A stretch of DNA of 14,176 nucleotides from Armatimonadota bacterium (lineage in GTDB: Bacteria; Armatimonadota; UBA10988): assembly GCA_016235455.1 (NCBI GenBank), contig JACRKZ010000178.1, positions 1-14,176 of the forward strand, given 5' to 3'. Below the pieces are notes generated by a model. It had not been told where the DNA came from. It saw only the letters and a program-made list of their open reading frames with translations, and did no database searches. Below are positions 6,796-14,176 of this stretch, piece after piece. The translations under genes were made by a program, and so were the position numbers. Numbering within the stretch: position 1 is the stretch's first letter; every line of letters starts with the position of its first letter.

Positions 6796-9729
6796 TTGAC
6801 CACGCGGAGGACTAGCACGTTATCGAACGAGGGCATTGGGCCTGGCCGCCTGCCCGTGGCGCAGGAACCGGTTCGCGAGCAGTTGCGGCTCCTTGCGCTG
6901 CATACGCGCTGCATCCTGAGTTCGGGCGTCGTGGTCGCCGCGGCCGATTGGCGAGAGCAGACCGCCGACCGGATACCCCACGCCTTCGACTGGTCCGGCG
7001 TCGAGGTAACCAATCTCGAGGTGGCCCAGCAGCTGCTGCCTCTGGACGCGACGGATGGGCCGGCCTACCAACGCGCCTGGCTGGCCGCTCGCTGGCTCGC
7101 CGCTCGGCGACGGGCCGACCCAGCGGCCGAGGCCGTGTTCCGTCTTGGCACCGGCAGCTACGTCGACGAGTGGCAGTGCGCCGACCGGCTGGGCACCACT
7201 CACTGGCTGTCGCAGGTGGTGTCGGTCGAGGCGCTGAGCGAAGCGAGTTGGCGGGTCGCCGCCATCGCCACCGATGTCACCGAGCGTCACCGCGACGAGG
7301 CCGCCCAACGCGCCGTGCTGACCAACTCTCGCTGCATTCTGTGGCGCGGCGAACTGCGAGCCCGCGATGGCTGGCGCCAAGCGGTTGGCCCGCAGCCCGG
7401 TCTCCTGGAGTGGGACCTGGAGGTGGTCGACGAGCACGCCGGACAGCAAGTGGTACCGCTGGCGCCGGGCGACCAGGACTACATCTGGGCGTTGCTCTAC
7501 AGCCGCCCCCAGCAGGACAAGGCCCACTGCCTGGCCAACGTCTGGCGCGCTCTCATGAGCGGTGCGCCGGGCTACTCGCAGGAGTTCAGGGCCTACGACC
7601 GTGACGGACGCGAGGTGTGGCTGCGCGAGGAGGCCGCGCTGCAGCAGCTTGGGCCCGACCGCTGGGCGCTCTTCTCGGTGGCGACCGACATCACCGAGCA
7701 CAGACGCGCTGAGGAGGAGCTGCGCGCGGTGCTGACCAACACGCGCTGCCTGCTGTGGCACGGCGAGGTGCGTGGCCAGCCGGGCTGGCGAGAGATGGCT
7801 CCCGAGGCCAGGGACGGACTGCATTGGGATCTGCGGGTGGTGGACGAACACGCCTGCCAGCAGGTCGTGCCGCTCGACATCCCCGCTGGCGGCAACTACC
7901 TGAGCACGCTCCTGGCGACCCGCTCGGCCGAACAGGCTGCGGCGAGCGACCGCCTGTCCCAGGCCGCGCTGCGCGCGGGCGCGCCCACCTTGCGCCAGGA
8001 GTACCGCGTGGTGGACCGCACGGGTCGCGGTGCCTGGCTGAGTGTCGAGGCCACCATCCAGCCGCTCGGGCCCGACCACTGGCGTTGGTTCTCGGTGGCC
8101 ACCGACATCACCGAGCACAAGCGCGCCGAGGAGGAACTGCGCGCGGTGCTGACCAACGCTCGCTGCATCCTCTGGCGTGGCGAGGTGGTCGCCAGCGAGG
8201 GCTGGGAAGATGACCCCGACAACCGCGGCGGCACCCTCCGCTGGGACATCGAGGTGCAGGACGAGGCGGCGGCCCGGCAGTTGCTGCAGCCGGCGGTGGC
8301 CCCGCACGAGAGCCATTGGCTGGCGCTCAAGGGCGCCGAGAACGAGGAGGACTTCTTCCGCCAAAACGTCACGGCGCACGCCGCGCTGCGGGCCGGTGAG
8401 CCCGGCTACTCCCAGGAGTTCCGCTGCACCGACCGCCACGGCAAGACCTTCTGGCTGCGCGAGGATGTCACGGTCCAGGCCCAGTCGCCCACCCGCTGGC
8501 TGGTGTTTGGCGTGGTGACCGACATCACCGAGCGCAAGCTGGCCGAGGAGGAGCGGCTGCAGCTCGAACGCCGCACGCAGCAGGGCCAGCGCCTGGAAAG
8601 CCTGGGCGTGCTGGCTGGCGGCATCGCGCACGACTTCAACAACCTGCTGACCGCCATCTTGGGCAGCGCCGAACTGGCCCGCGGCACCTTGCCCACCGGC
8701 CATGAAGCCGGCGAGTTGCTGCTCTCGATCGAGACAGCGTCCTTGCGGGCCGCCGACCTCTGCCGCCAGATGCTCGCCTATGCGGGCAAGAGGCGGGCCG
8801 TGGCCGAAGCCGTGGACCTGGCAGCGCTGGTCGAGGAACTCACGCATTTGCTGCGCACAGCGATCTCCAAGCGCGCCACGCTAAGGCTACAGCTGGCGCC
8901 CGACCTGCCTCAGGTGTGGGGTGATGCCTCGCAGATGCGACAGGTGCTGATGAACCTCGTCGTGAATGCGTCCGAGGCGCTCGGCGATGCTGACGGCGAA
9001 GTCCGGGTCACCGCCGACGAGGCATACCTGGCGTCGGACCAGTGGTGCAACCCGCTAGACACTGACCCGCTGCCGCCGGGTCGTTACGTGCGGATCGAGG
9101 TGGCTGACACCGGCTGCGGCATGAGCCCCGACACGGTCCAACGAATCTTCGAGCCCTTTTTCTCGACCAAATTCGCCGGGCGCGGGCTCGGGCTGTCCGC
9201 CGTGCTGGGCATTGTCCGTAGTCACAAGGGTTCGCTGGGCGTCGACAGCGTGCCGGGCGCGGGCACCACGTTCACGTTGCTGTTGCCCGCCACGGCGGCC
9301 ACCGCGGCCGGGCCCAACGCGGCCGACTCACGGGCCGCCTGGACCGGACACGGCGTTATCCTGCTGGTCGATGACGAAGACCTGGTGCGCGGTTGCGGCG
9401 AACGGATGCTTCGGCTGCTCGGCTTCGAGGTGCTGACCGCCTCCGATGGCCTGGCGGCCGCCGAGCTCTACCAGGCCCGGTCCGCGCGCATTGACCTTGT
9501 CATCCTCGACCTGACCATGCCCCGCATGGGCGGCGTGGAGGCCTATGCACGGATGCGTCAGCACAACCCGAACGTGCGCGTGGTTGTCGCCAGCGGCTAC
9601 GGTGAGGCCGACCTGGCGCGGAGCTTCGGCGACGCGCCGCTGGCGGCGGTCATCCACAAACCCTACAACCTCGCTGACCTGCGACGGGTGCTCATGCCCC
9701 TCTTCCCCGGCTCGTCGGGGCCAGCGTAG
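6796..9729 (+). CDS. Soluble hybrid sensor histidine kinase/response regulator (CckA-type core) with four atypical PAS-like repeats; start uncertain (TTG 6796, ACG 6817 or GTG 6856)
   Basis: H box LESLGVLAGGIAHDFNNLL (His codon 8629); N box QVLMNLVVNASEA; G1 DTGCGM; F box FEPFFSTK; G2 GRGLGL; receiver ILLVDDE/VILDLTMP.MGG/ASGY/KPY. No transmembrane helix evident. Confidence 0.95.
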   Translation: MTTRRTSTLSNEGIGPGRLPVAQEPVREQLRLLALHTRCILSSGVVVAAADWREQTADRIPHAFDWSGVEVTNLEVAQQLLPLDATDGPAYQRAWLAARWLAARRRADPAAEAVFRLGTGSYVDEWQCADRLGTTHWLSQVVSVEALSEASWRVAAIATDVTERHRDEAAQRAVLTNSRCILWRGELRARDGWRQAVGPQPGLLEWDLEVVDEHAGQQVVPLAPGDQDYIWALLYSRPQQDKAHCLANVWRALMSGAPGYSQEFRAYDRDGREVWLREEAALQQLGPDRWALFSVATDITEHRRAEEELRAVLTNTRCLLWHGEVRGQPGWREMAPEARDGLHWDLRVVDEHACQQVVPLDIPAGGNYLSTLLATRSAEQAAASDRLSQAALRAGAPTLRQEYRVVDRTGRGAWLSVEATIQPLGPDHWRWFSVATDITEHKRAEEELRAVLTNARCILWRGEVVASEGWEDDPDNRGGTLRWDIEVQDEAAARQLLQPAVAPHESHWLALKGAENEEDFFRQNVTAHAALRAGEPGYSQEFRCTDRHGKTFWLREDVTVQAQSPTRWLVFGVVTDITERKLAEEERLQLERRTQQGQRLESLGVLAGGIAHDFNNLLTAILGSAELARGTLPTGHEAGELLLSIETASLRAADLCRQMLAYAGKRRAVAEAVDLAALVEELTHLLRTAISKRATLRLQLAPDLPQVWGDASQMRQVLMNLVVNASEALGDADGEVRVTADEAYLASDQWCNPLDTDPLPPGRYVRIEVADTGCGMSPDTVQRIFEPFFSTKFAGRGLGLSAVLGIVRSHKGSLGVDSVPGAGTTFTLLLPATAATAAGPNAADSRAAWTGHGVILLVDDEDLVRGCGERMLRLLGFEVLTASDGLAAAELYQARSARIDLVILDLTMPRMGGVEAYARMRQHNPNVRVVVASGYGEADLARSFGDAPLAAVIHKPYNLADLRRVLMPLFPGSSGPA
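6892..8553 (+). repeat. Four tandem intragenic ~138-141-aa repeats (units start near 6892, 7315, 7729, 8146)
   Basis: Shared pattern RC(I/L)L(W).G...W...WD..V.DE.A..Q..P...L..G...Y.QE(F/Y)R..DR.G...WL...W..F.V.TD(I/V)TE; unit 1 is the most degenerate. Confidence 0.9.
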
Positions 9730-9785
9730 CCGATGTCGACCGCCACACCGGCGCCGGGCCCGCCCCGGTCGCGCGGAGTTCACCG

Positions 9786-12254
9786 CTAGCCTGGGGGCGC
9801 CGCCTCGATGGCCGCCGCCATGCCGGCCCGCCAGGCCTCCACCACCGCCGGGTCGCCGGTGTACCGGGTCATGCTCTCCACCAGGTCCTTGGGCACCACC
9901 AGCCTGGCCTCGGCCTCGCCCAGCCAGGCCCCGGTCGCCGCGGTCTCGGGCAGCGCCTTGACCCGCGCCATAGCTGCTTCCAGCACGCTGGTGTAGGCAT
10001 AGTCCTCCAGCCCGTCGCGGAAGTTCTCCAGCCGCTGGGTGGCCAATGGACGGCCGTTGGGCCCGACGCAGACCCAGGAGCCGTCGCCGTGGTAAGTGGT
10101 CCAGCTACGCGGATCCCACTCGGTGAACGGGCCGCTGGTGATCGGCTTGCCGTTCCAGATGGAGATCTGGTAGTACAGGAAGCCGTCGGGCCGATATTTG
10201 GCCGCCATCGCGCCCATCAGCAGCCGGCCCTCGATGGCTGGGTACTCGATGAACATGTTGGCATACGGATGCGCCGGCCCGCAACAGATGTACCACCAGA
10301 CCTGCTTGCCTTGCGCCCGGGCCTGCGCGGCCAGCTTCGGATCGAACTTGGGCGTCAGCGGGCAGAAGCCATCGACCGACTTGATGACCGTGTCCTGACC
10401 AAAGCTGTGGTCGTAGGTAGTGGTCAGCACGAAGACCTCGGGGAACGCCGCCTTGAGCAGCGCGGCGGCCCGCTGCACATGCGGGAACTCAGCCTCGGGC
10501 AGTTCGTCGCACCCGTACAGATAGGCATGGTCCAGGATGCCCAGCGCCTTGGCCTGCTCATAGCGCGGTCGGATGACATCCGCCATCCACTGGCGGTACT
10601 CGTCTTCCTTGCCCGGCGCACAAGTGCTCCAGTAGCCCAGGTTGAAGCGGCCCAGCCGGCCCTGGTCGTGCAGGCGCCGGAGCTGGTCGAACTCGGGCTT
10701 CCACCCGCCGTAGGAGTAGAGGCTGTCGTAGGTGATGCCGTAGTCGGCCAGGAAATCGGCCCAGTCCGCCTTGCGCGATTCCCAGGCCGTGTCGCGATAC
10801 AGGCCCTCTCTCCAGCCGCCAGCGCCGTTGTCCTCGTAGAAATGCGGGGCAAAGGTGATGGCCGAGGGCAACGGCGTCGCCGCCGGTACTTCGAAGCTGT
10901 GCACCTTCACGCTCAGGTCGAAGCGGAACAGCACTTTGCCGGCCGACACCACCTCCAGCTTGCCGCGGCTGACACCGGGTTTCTGGTTGCGTGGCGCCTT
11001 CAGCCGCAGCCAGAACGACTGCGCATCGCCCGCGGCCACATCGGCCTTGTCCATGAAGTCCAGGATCGGGTCCGGCCACCAGCCCACATGCGCTGAGCCA
11101 TAGGGCGGCGTGCTCTTGGTCTGCACATAACCCACCGGCGGCGCCGCCACCGAGCCGGCCGGCCAGCCAAGCCCGGTCACACGAATACTAACGTCCTTTA
11201 GATTGCTACTCAGAGGCCAGATCACGACCTGCAGCGCCTCGCTCTCACCGCGCGCGAGTGCCATCTGCGTGGCGGCCTCAAAGCGCAGGTCGGGCTTGCC
11301 GGCGCGCGGCAGCACCTTGACCATGGGGCTGGCGAAGCCGACCAGCACACCGGCCGCGGCGGCATCCGTCTGCACCTTGGCGCGCAACGGCTCGAAGCTC
11401 TTGGCCACCGGCAGCCGGTCGGCGACGGCGGCTAGTTCGGCGCGCGCGGCAGCCAGTTGGTCGGGCAGCCGCAGCGAGGCTTCGCCCGGCTGCTCGAGCG
11501 CCCCACGCAGCTCGGGCAGCCGCTTGGCCATCGCCGCCAGGCGCTGCTCGACCCAGGCAGAGAGCGCCGGCACACCGCGGGCCGCGCCGCGCAGCGTCTC
11601 GCCGTCGCGCGTCACCTGCGCGGCCAGGGCATCGACCTCGCCGCGATACAGCGCGGCCCAGGCGCCATACCAACCCGCGGGCAACGGCGGCAACGCCTGA
11701 CCCGGCGCCAGCAGCACCATGCGGTCAATAAGGATCTCCAGATCGACGGGCGGATTCTCGGTGAAGATGTGGATGCGGCCGATGTGGGCCGGATCGAGCC
11801 CGCGCGCCTTGAGACCGGCCAGGTCGATGACGAACTGCCCGCCCTCGCGCGGCGCCAGCCGCCTGGTCCACTGCAGGCCCTCGCGTGTCGGCTTGGTGGT
11901 GTCCGTGATGAACATGGCCAGCAACTGCGTGGCATCGGTGGTGTTCACCGCCGTGAAGGCCAGCCGATCGAATGAAGACCAGTCGCTGACCGCGGGCGCG
12001 CACTCGAACGCTGGCCAGACCTGCGTGCCGCCGTGCTCCGCGGGCACCCACTTTGGAGTCGTGAAGCGCAACGCCGACTGGCCCGACGCGGCGAACCGCT
12101 CGACGCGCGTCAGCGTCTTGCCGCCGCCCAGGCCGGTGCCGCCCTCATCGTGCCAGACCTGCACATCGGCATCGGTCTCGAAGTCGTACAGCACCGTGGC
12201 CGCCTGGCCCGCGGCCACGCAGCCCAGCAACGCCACCATCGACAGCAAACGCAC
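9786..12254 (-). CDS. Secreted GH123/DUF4091-like glycoside hydrolase with N-terminal carbohydrate-binding-like domain, 822 aa
   Basis: GTG start with GGAGAG RBS (12260-12265); Sec signal MRLLSMVALLGCVAAGQA-A; LARGESEALQVV, WWPDPIL, YLYGCDE (DE pair), VWWYICCGP..PYAN.FIE, GFLYY, GDG..V..G, RLENFRDGLEDYAY. Confidence 0.85.
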   Translation of the reverse strand: MRLLSMVALLGCVAAGQAATVLYDFETDADVQVWHDEGGTGLGGGKTLTRVERFAASGQSALRFTTPKWVPAEHGGTQVWPAFECAPAVSDWSSFDRLAFTAVNTTDATQLLAMFITDTTKPTREGLQWTRRLAPREGGQFVIDLAGLKARGLDPAHIGRIHIFTENPPVDLEILIDRMVLLAPGQALPPLPAGWYGAWAALYRGEVDALAAQVTRDGETLRGAARGVPALSAWVEQRLAAMAKRLPELRGALEQPGEASLRLPDQLAAARAELAAVADRLPVAKSFEPLRAKVQTDAAAAGVLVGFASPMVKVLPRAGKPDLRFEAATQMALARGESEALQVVIWPLSSNLKDVSIRVTGLGWPAGSVAAPPVGYVQTKSTPPYGSAHVGWWPDPILDFMDKADVAAGDAQSFWLRLKAPRNQKPGVSRGKLEVVSAGKVLFRFDLSVKVHSFEVPAATPLPSAITFAPHFYEDNGAGGWREGLYRDTAWESRKADWADFLADYGITYDSLYSYGGWKPEFDQLRRLHDQGRLGRFNLGYWSTCAPGKEDEYRQWMADVIRPRYEQAKALGILDHAYLYGCDELPEAEFPHVQRAAALLKAAFPEVFVLTTTYDHSFGQDTVIKSVDGFCPLTPKFDPKLAAQARAQGKQVWWYICCGPAHPYANMFIEYPAIEGRLLMGAMAAKYRPDGFLYYQISIWNGKPITSGPFTEWDPRSWTTYHGDGSWVCVGPNGRPLATQRLENFRDGLEDYAYTSVLEAAMARVKALPETAATGAWLGEAEARLVVPKDLVESMTRYTGDPAVVEAWRAGMAAAIEAAPPG

Positions 12255-12271
12255 AACGGCTCTCCGTAGCG

Positions 12272-12300
12272 GTTGTACCCGGCGGTGGGGCCCGCGTCAA
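12272..12300 (-). promoter_or_regulatory. Sigma70-type promoter candidate for the GH123-like gene
   Basis: TTGACG (12300-12295) - 17 nt - TACAAC (12277-12272). The last -10 base is not the consensus T, and the implied leader is very short. Confidence 0.5.
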
Positions 12301-12350
12301 CTCGGGAGGAGTGCCGCCCTCGCCCGCCAACTCCGTCGCGGGAGATCCTC

Positions 12351-13052
12351 GTGACCCACATGACCCGCATCGTCGCGGCGTTGCTGCTGGCCGGCGCCGT
12401 CGAGGCAGCCGAGTCGCCCAAGCCATTCACCCCCACTACCGGCTATGACGAGCGTCTGGTCGAGGGCTGGACGCTGCTCGTCAACCGCGACCTACTGGCT
12501 GAGCCCGACCTGGCCCAAGCGGTGCTCAAGGAGGTCGGCACGCAGCTCTACAACATCACCCGCAAGGTGCCCGCCGAGGCCGTGACCAAGTTGCGGACAG
12601 TGCGCATCTGGGTGGAGAAGGAAGCCGACAAGGGCGCCGCCGTCTATCACCCGTCGCGCGAGTGGCTCGCCGATCACGGCTACAACCCCGACATGGCCAA
12701 GTGTGCCCAGTTGAGCAACGCGGCCCACCTGCTCGCCTGGTGCCGGCACCAGCCGTGGATGGTCTTCCACGAACTGGCCCACGCCTACCACCATCAGGTC
12801 GTCGGCTACGACCACAAGGAGGTGCTCGACGCCTTCGACGCGGCCAAGGCCGGTGGCAAGTACGACAACGTGCTGCGCTACGACGGCGGGCATGGCAAGC
12901 ACTACGCGCTGAGCAACGTGCAGGAGTACTGGGCCGAAGGCTCCGAGGCCTACTTTGGGCTGAACGACTTCTACCCGTTCGTGAATGCCGAACTCAAGGA
13001 GCACGACCCGGCCATGCACGCGCTGCTGGGCAAGCTATGGGGCGTGAAGTGA
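12351..13052 (+). CDS. Secreted zinc metallopeptidase (HExxH; anthrax lethal factor-like/zincin-type fold), ~233 aa
   Basis: Start revised to GTG 12351 (GGAGA at 12341-12345; alternative ATG 12360). Signal peptide RIVAALLLAGAVEA-A; AVYHPSREWL; VFHELAHAYHH; YALSNVQEYWAEGSEAYFG.NDFYPF..ELKEHDP. Confidence 0.88.
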   Translation: MTHMTRIVAALLLAGAVEAAESPKPFTPTTGYDERLVEGWTLLVNRDLLAEPDLAQAVLKEVGTQLYNITRKVPAEAVTKLRTVRIWVEKEADKGAAVYHPSREWLADHGYNPDMAKCAQLSNAAHLLAWCRHQPWMVFHELAHAYHHQVVGYDHKEVLDAFDAAKAGGKYDNVLRYDGGHGKHYALSNVQEYWAEGSEAYFGLNDFYPFVNAELKEHDPAMHALLGKLWGVK

Positions 13053-13915
13053 CCACGACGTACCTGCTGGGCGCCGAGACGATCTTGCGCGACGGCGACC
13101 TGGATGCACTGATGCCGTTCTACGGCGGCCTGTTCGACCGCCTGCCCCGCGAGGCGCGCCACACCGGCGGTATCGGCCGCATCCTGGTCTATCAGAGCCG
13201 CGTCGACGCCGACTCCCATCGCCACCGCTTCGCTATCGAGGTCGACTCCCTCGATGACCAGCCGTCCGATCTGACCGCCTGGACGCTGGACGACCGCACC
13301 GAGTGGCTGTGGCACGACACGCTACGTGATGGTCGCGTCGTCGGCGAGTTCCGCGACGACGGCGCCGAATGGTGCCTCTCGGGCCTGACCTACCTGGGCC
13401 TGGCCGGCCAGCCCAGCGCCGGCGACGGCGTCGAGATCGCCGACTACGACCCGGGCTGGCCCGAGCGCTACGCCGCCCTGGCTGCCGAACTCCGCGCCTG
13501 CCTGCCGGCCGGCGTGCTGCTCGGCCTGGAACACTATGGCAGCACGGCGGTTCCCGGTCTGCCGGCCAAGCCGGTCATCGATGTGCTGGTCGAGGTGCCC
13601 GACTTCGACATCGCCAAGCGCGCGCTGATCCCCCGCCTGGCCGGTGAGGCGTGCGAGGCGTGGTGGTACGACGACCACCTGGTGTTCATCGGCCGCGCTG
13701 GCCTGGGCGGCGTGCGCACGCACCACTTGCATGTGGCGCCGCGCGGGCATCGGGTGTGGCAAGGCCTTGCCTTCCGCGACCGCCTGCGCGCGGATGTGGC
13801 TTTGGCCAACGAGTATGCGCAGCTCAAGCGCGGGCTGGCGGCGGCGCATGGCAATGACCGCGAGCGGTATACGGCGGCCAAGGGCGAGTTTGTGCGGCGG
13901 TGGACGGTGGGTTAG
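13049..13915 (+). CDS. GrpB-family (nucleotidyltransferase-fold) protein with ~125-aa N-terminal extension, 288 aa
   Basis: GTG 13049 overlaps the upstream TGA (GTGA). GrpB motifs VEIADYDPGWP, EHYGSTAVPGLPAKPVIDVLV, RTHHLHV, LAFRDRLR...EYAQLKR.LA, Y..AKGEFV. Confidence 0.9.
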   Translation: MTTTYLLGAETILRDGDLDALMPFYGGLFDRLPREARHTGGIGRILVYQSRVDADSHRHRFAIEVDSLDDQPSDLTAWTLDDRTEWLWHDTLRDGRVVGEFRDDGAEWCLSGLTYLGLAGQPSAGDGVEIADYDPGWPERYAALAAELRACLPAGVLLGLEHYGSTAVPGLPAKPVIDVLVEVPDFDIAKRALIPRLAGEACEAWWYDDHLVFIGRAGLGGVRTHHLHVAPRGHRVWQGLAFRDRLRADVALANEYAQLKRGLAAAHGNDRERYTAAKGEFVRRWTVG

Positions 13916-13974
13916 CGCCAGGTCCGGCGGTGGGCCGATAATGGCGATAGGTGCTTACTGGCAGGGAGCCGACC

Positions 13975-14176
13975 GTGGATACAAGACTACTTGAGGCCAA
14001 ACCCGAGGTGATGGGTGGGAAGCTCTGCTTCCGAGGCACTCGGCTGCCAGTCAAGATGATCCTGGATGTCATCGACGCCGGATGGGATGATGCGTCCATC
14101 CTGTCGCAGTTCCCGTCGCTGCCGGCGGACGCGCTGGCCGAGGCTCGCCGCCAGGCGACCGACCCCGAGGGCGGCT
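13975..14176 (+). CDS. DUF433-family protein (putative antitoxin), 3'-truncated by window edge
   Basis: Not in ORF track. GTG 13975 with AGGGAG RBS (13963-13968); translates MDTRLLEAKPEVMGGKLCFRGTRLPVKMILDVIDAGWDDASILSQFPSLPADALAEARR..., matching the DUF433 pattern P.V.GGKP..RGTR.PV..IL..L..G.....IL..YP.L. Confidence 0.88.
   Translation, partial: MDTRLLEAKPEVMGGKLCFRGTRLPVKMILDVIDAGWDDASILSQFPSLPADALAEARRQATDPEGG

Noticed and set aside
7315-8175. LOV photoreceptor, CRISPR or DGR interpretation of the kinase repeats
   Set aside because: TNxRCILW is not GxNCRFLQ. The repeats are in-frame protein domains about 415 bp apart, and no cas or reverse transcriptase gene is in the window.
6820-8847. 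675-aa minus-strand ORF with internal repeats
   Set aside because: Antisense shadow; its repeats mirror the kinase repeats.
9730-9785. Bidirectional terminator between the convergent kinase and GH genes
   Set aside because: Only short GC stems and no U/A tracts; not above background.
12662-13048. 129-aa upstream extension of the GrpB ORF
   Set aside because: Out-of-frame overlap with the peptidase, Arg/Gly-rich junk; the GTGA coupling at 13049 is a better start.

Overview
High-GC bacterial window. The prepilin-like H-X9-DG genes and overall gene content suggest Armatimonadota or a PVC-like lineage (inference). Gene order: a partial divergent prepilin-like gene (-), a complete prepilin-type H-X9-DG/DUF1559-like gene (-), two head-to-head Tat-exported S1 sulfatases 68 bp apart, an Rrf2 regulator (-), a DUF6259-like putative glycoside hydrolase (+), a soluble CckA-type hybrid histidine kinase with four atypical ~140-aa PAS-like repeats (+), a secreted GH123/DUF4091-like glycoside hydrolase (-), a secreted HExxH metallopeptidase translationally coupled to a GrpB-domain protein (+), and a partial DUF433 antitoxin-like gene (+). 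The two edge genes are missing from the ORF track, and several track starts are over-extended. Main leads: (i) a candidate sulfated-glycan/sulfur-scavenging locus in which pilin-like proteins may stand in for SusC/D; (ii) an Rrf2 protein with both a four-Cys cluster and a CymR-type MYYI tail, plus a clear promoter and a candidate operator; (iii) the unusual Cys/Trp-conserved sensor repeats of the kinase. No rRNA, tRNA, CRISPR array or transposase was recognised.
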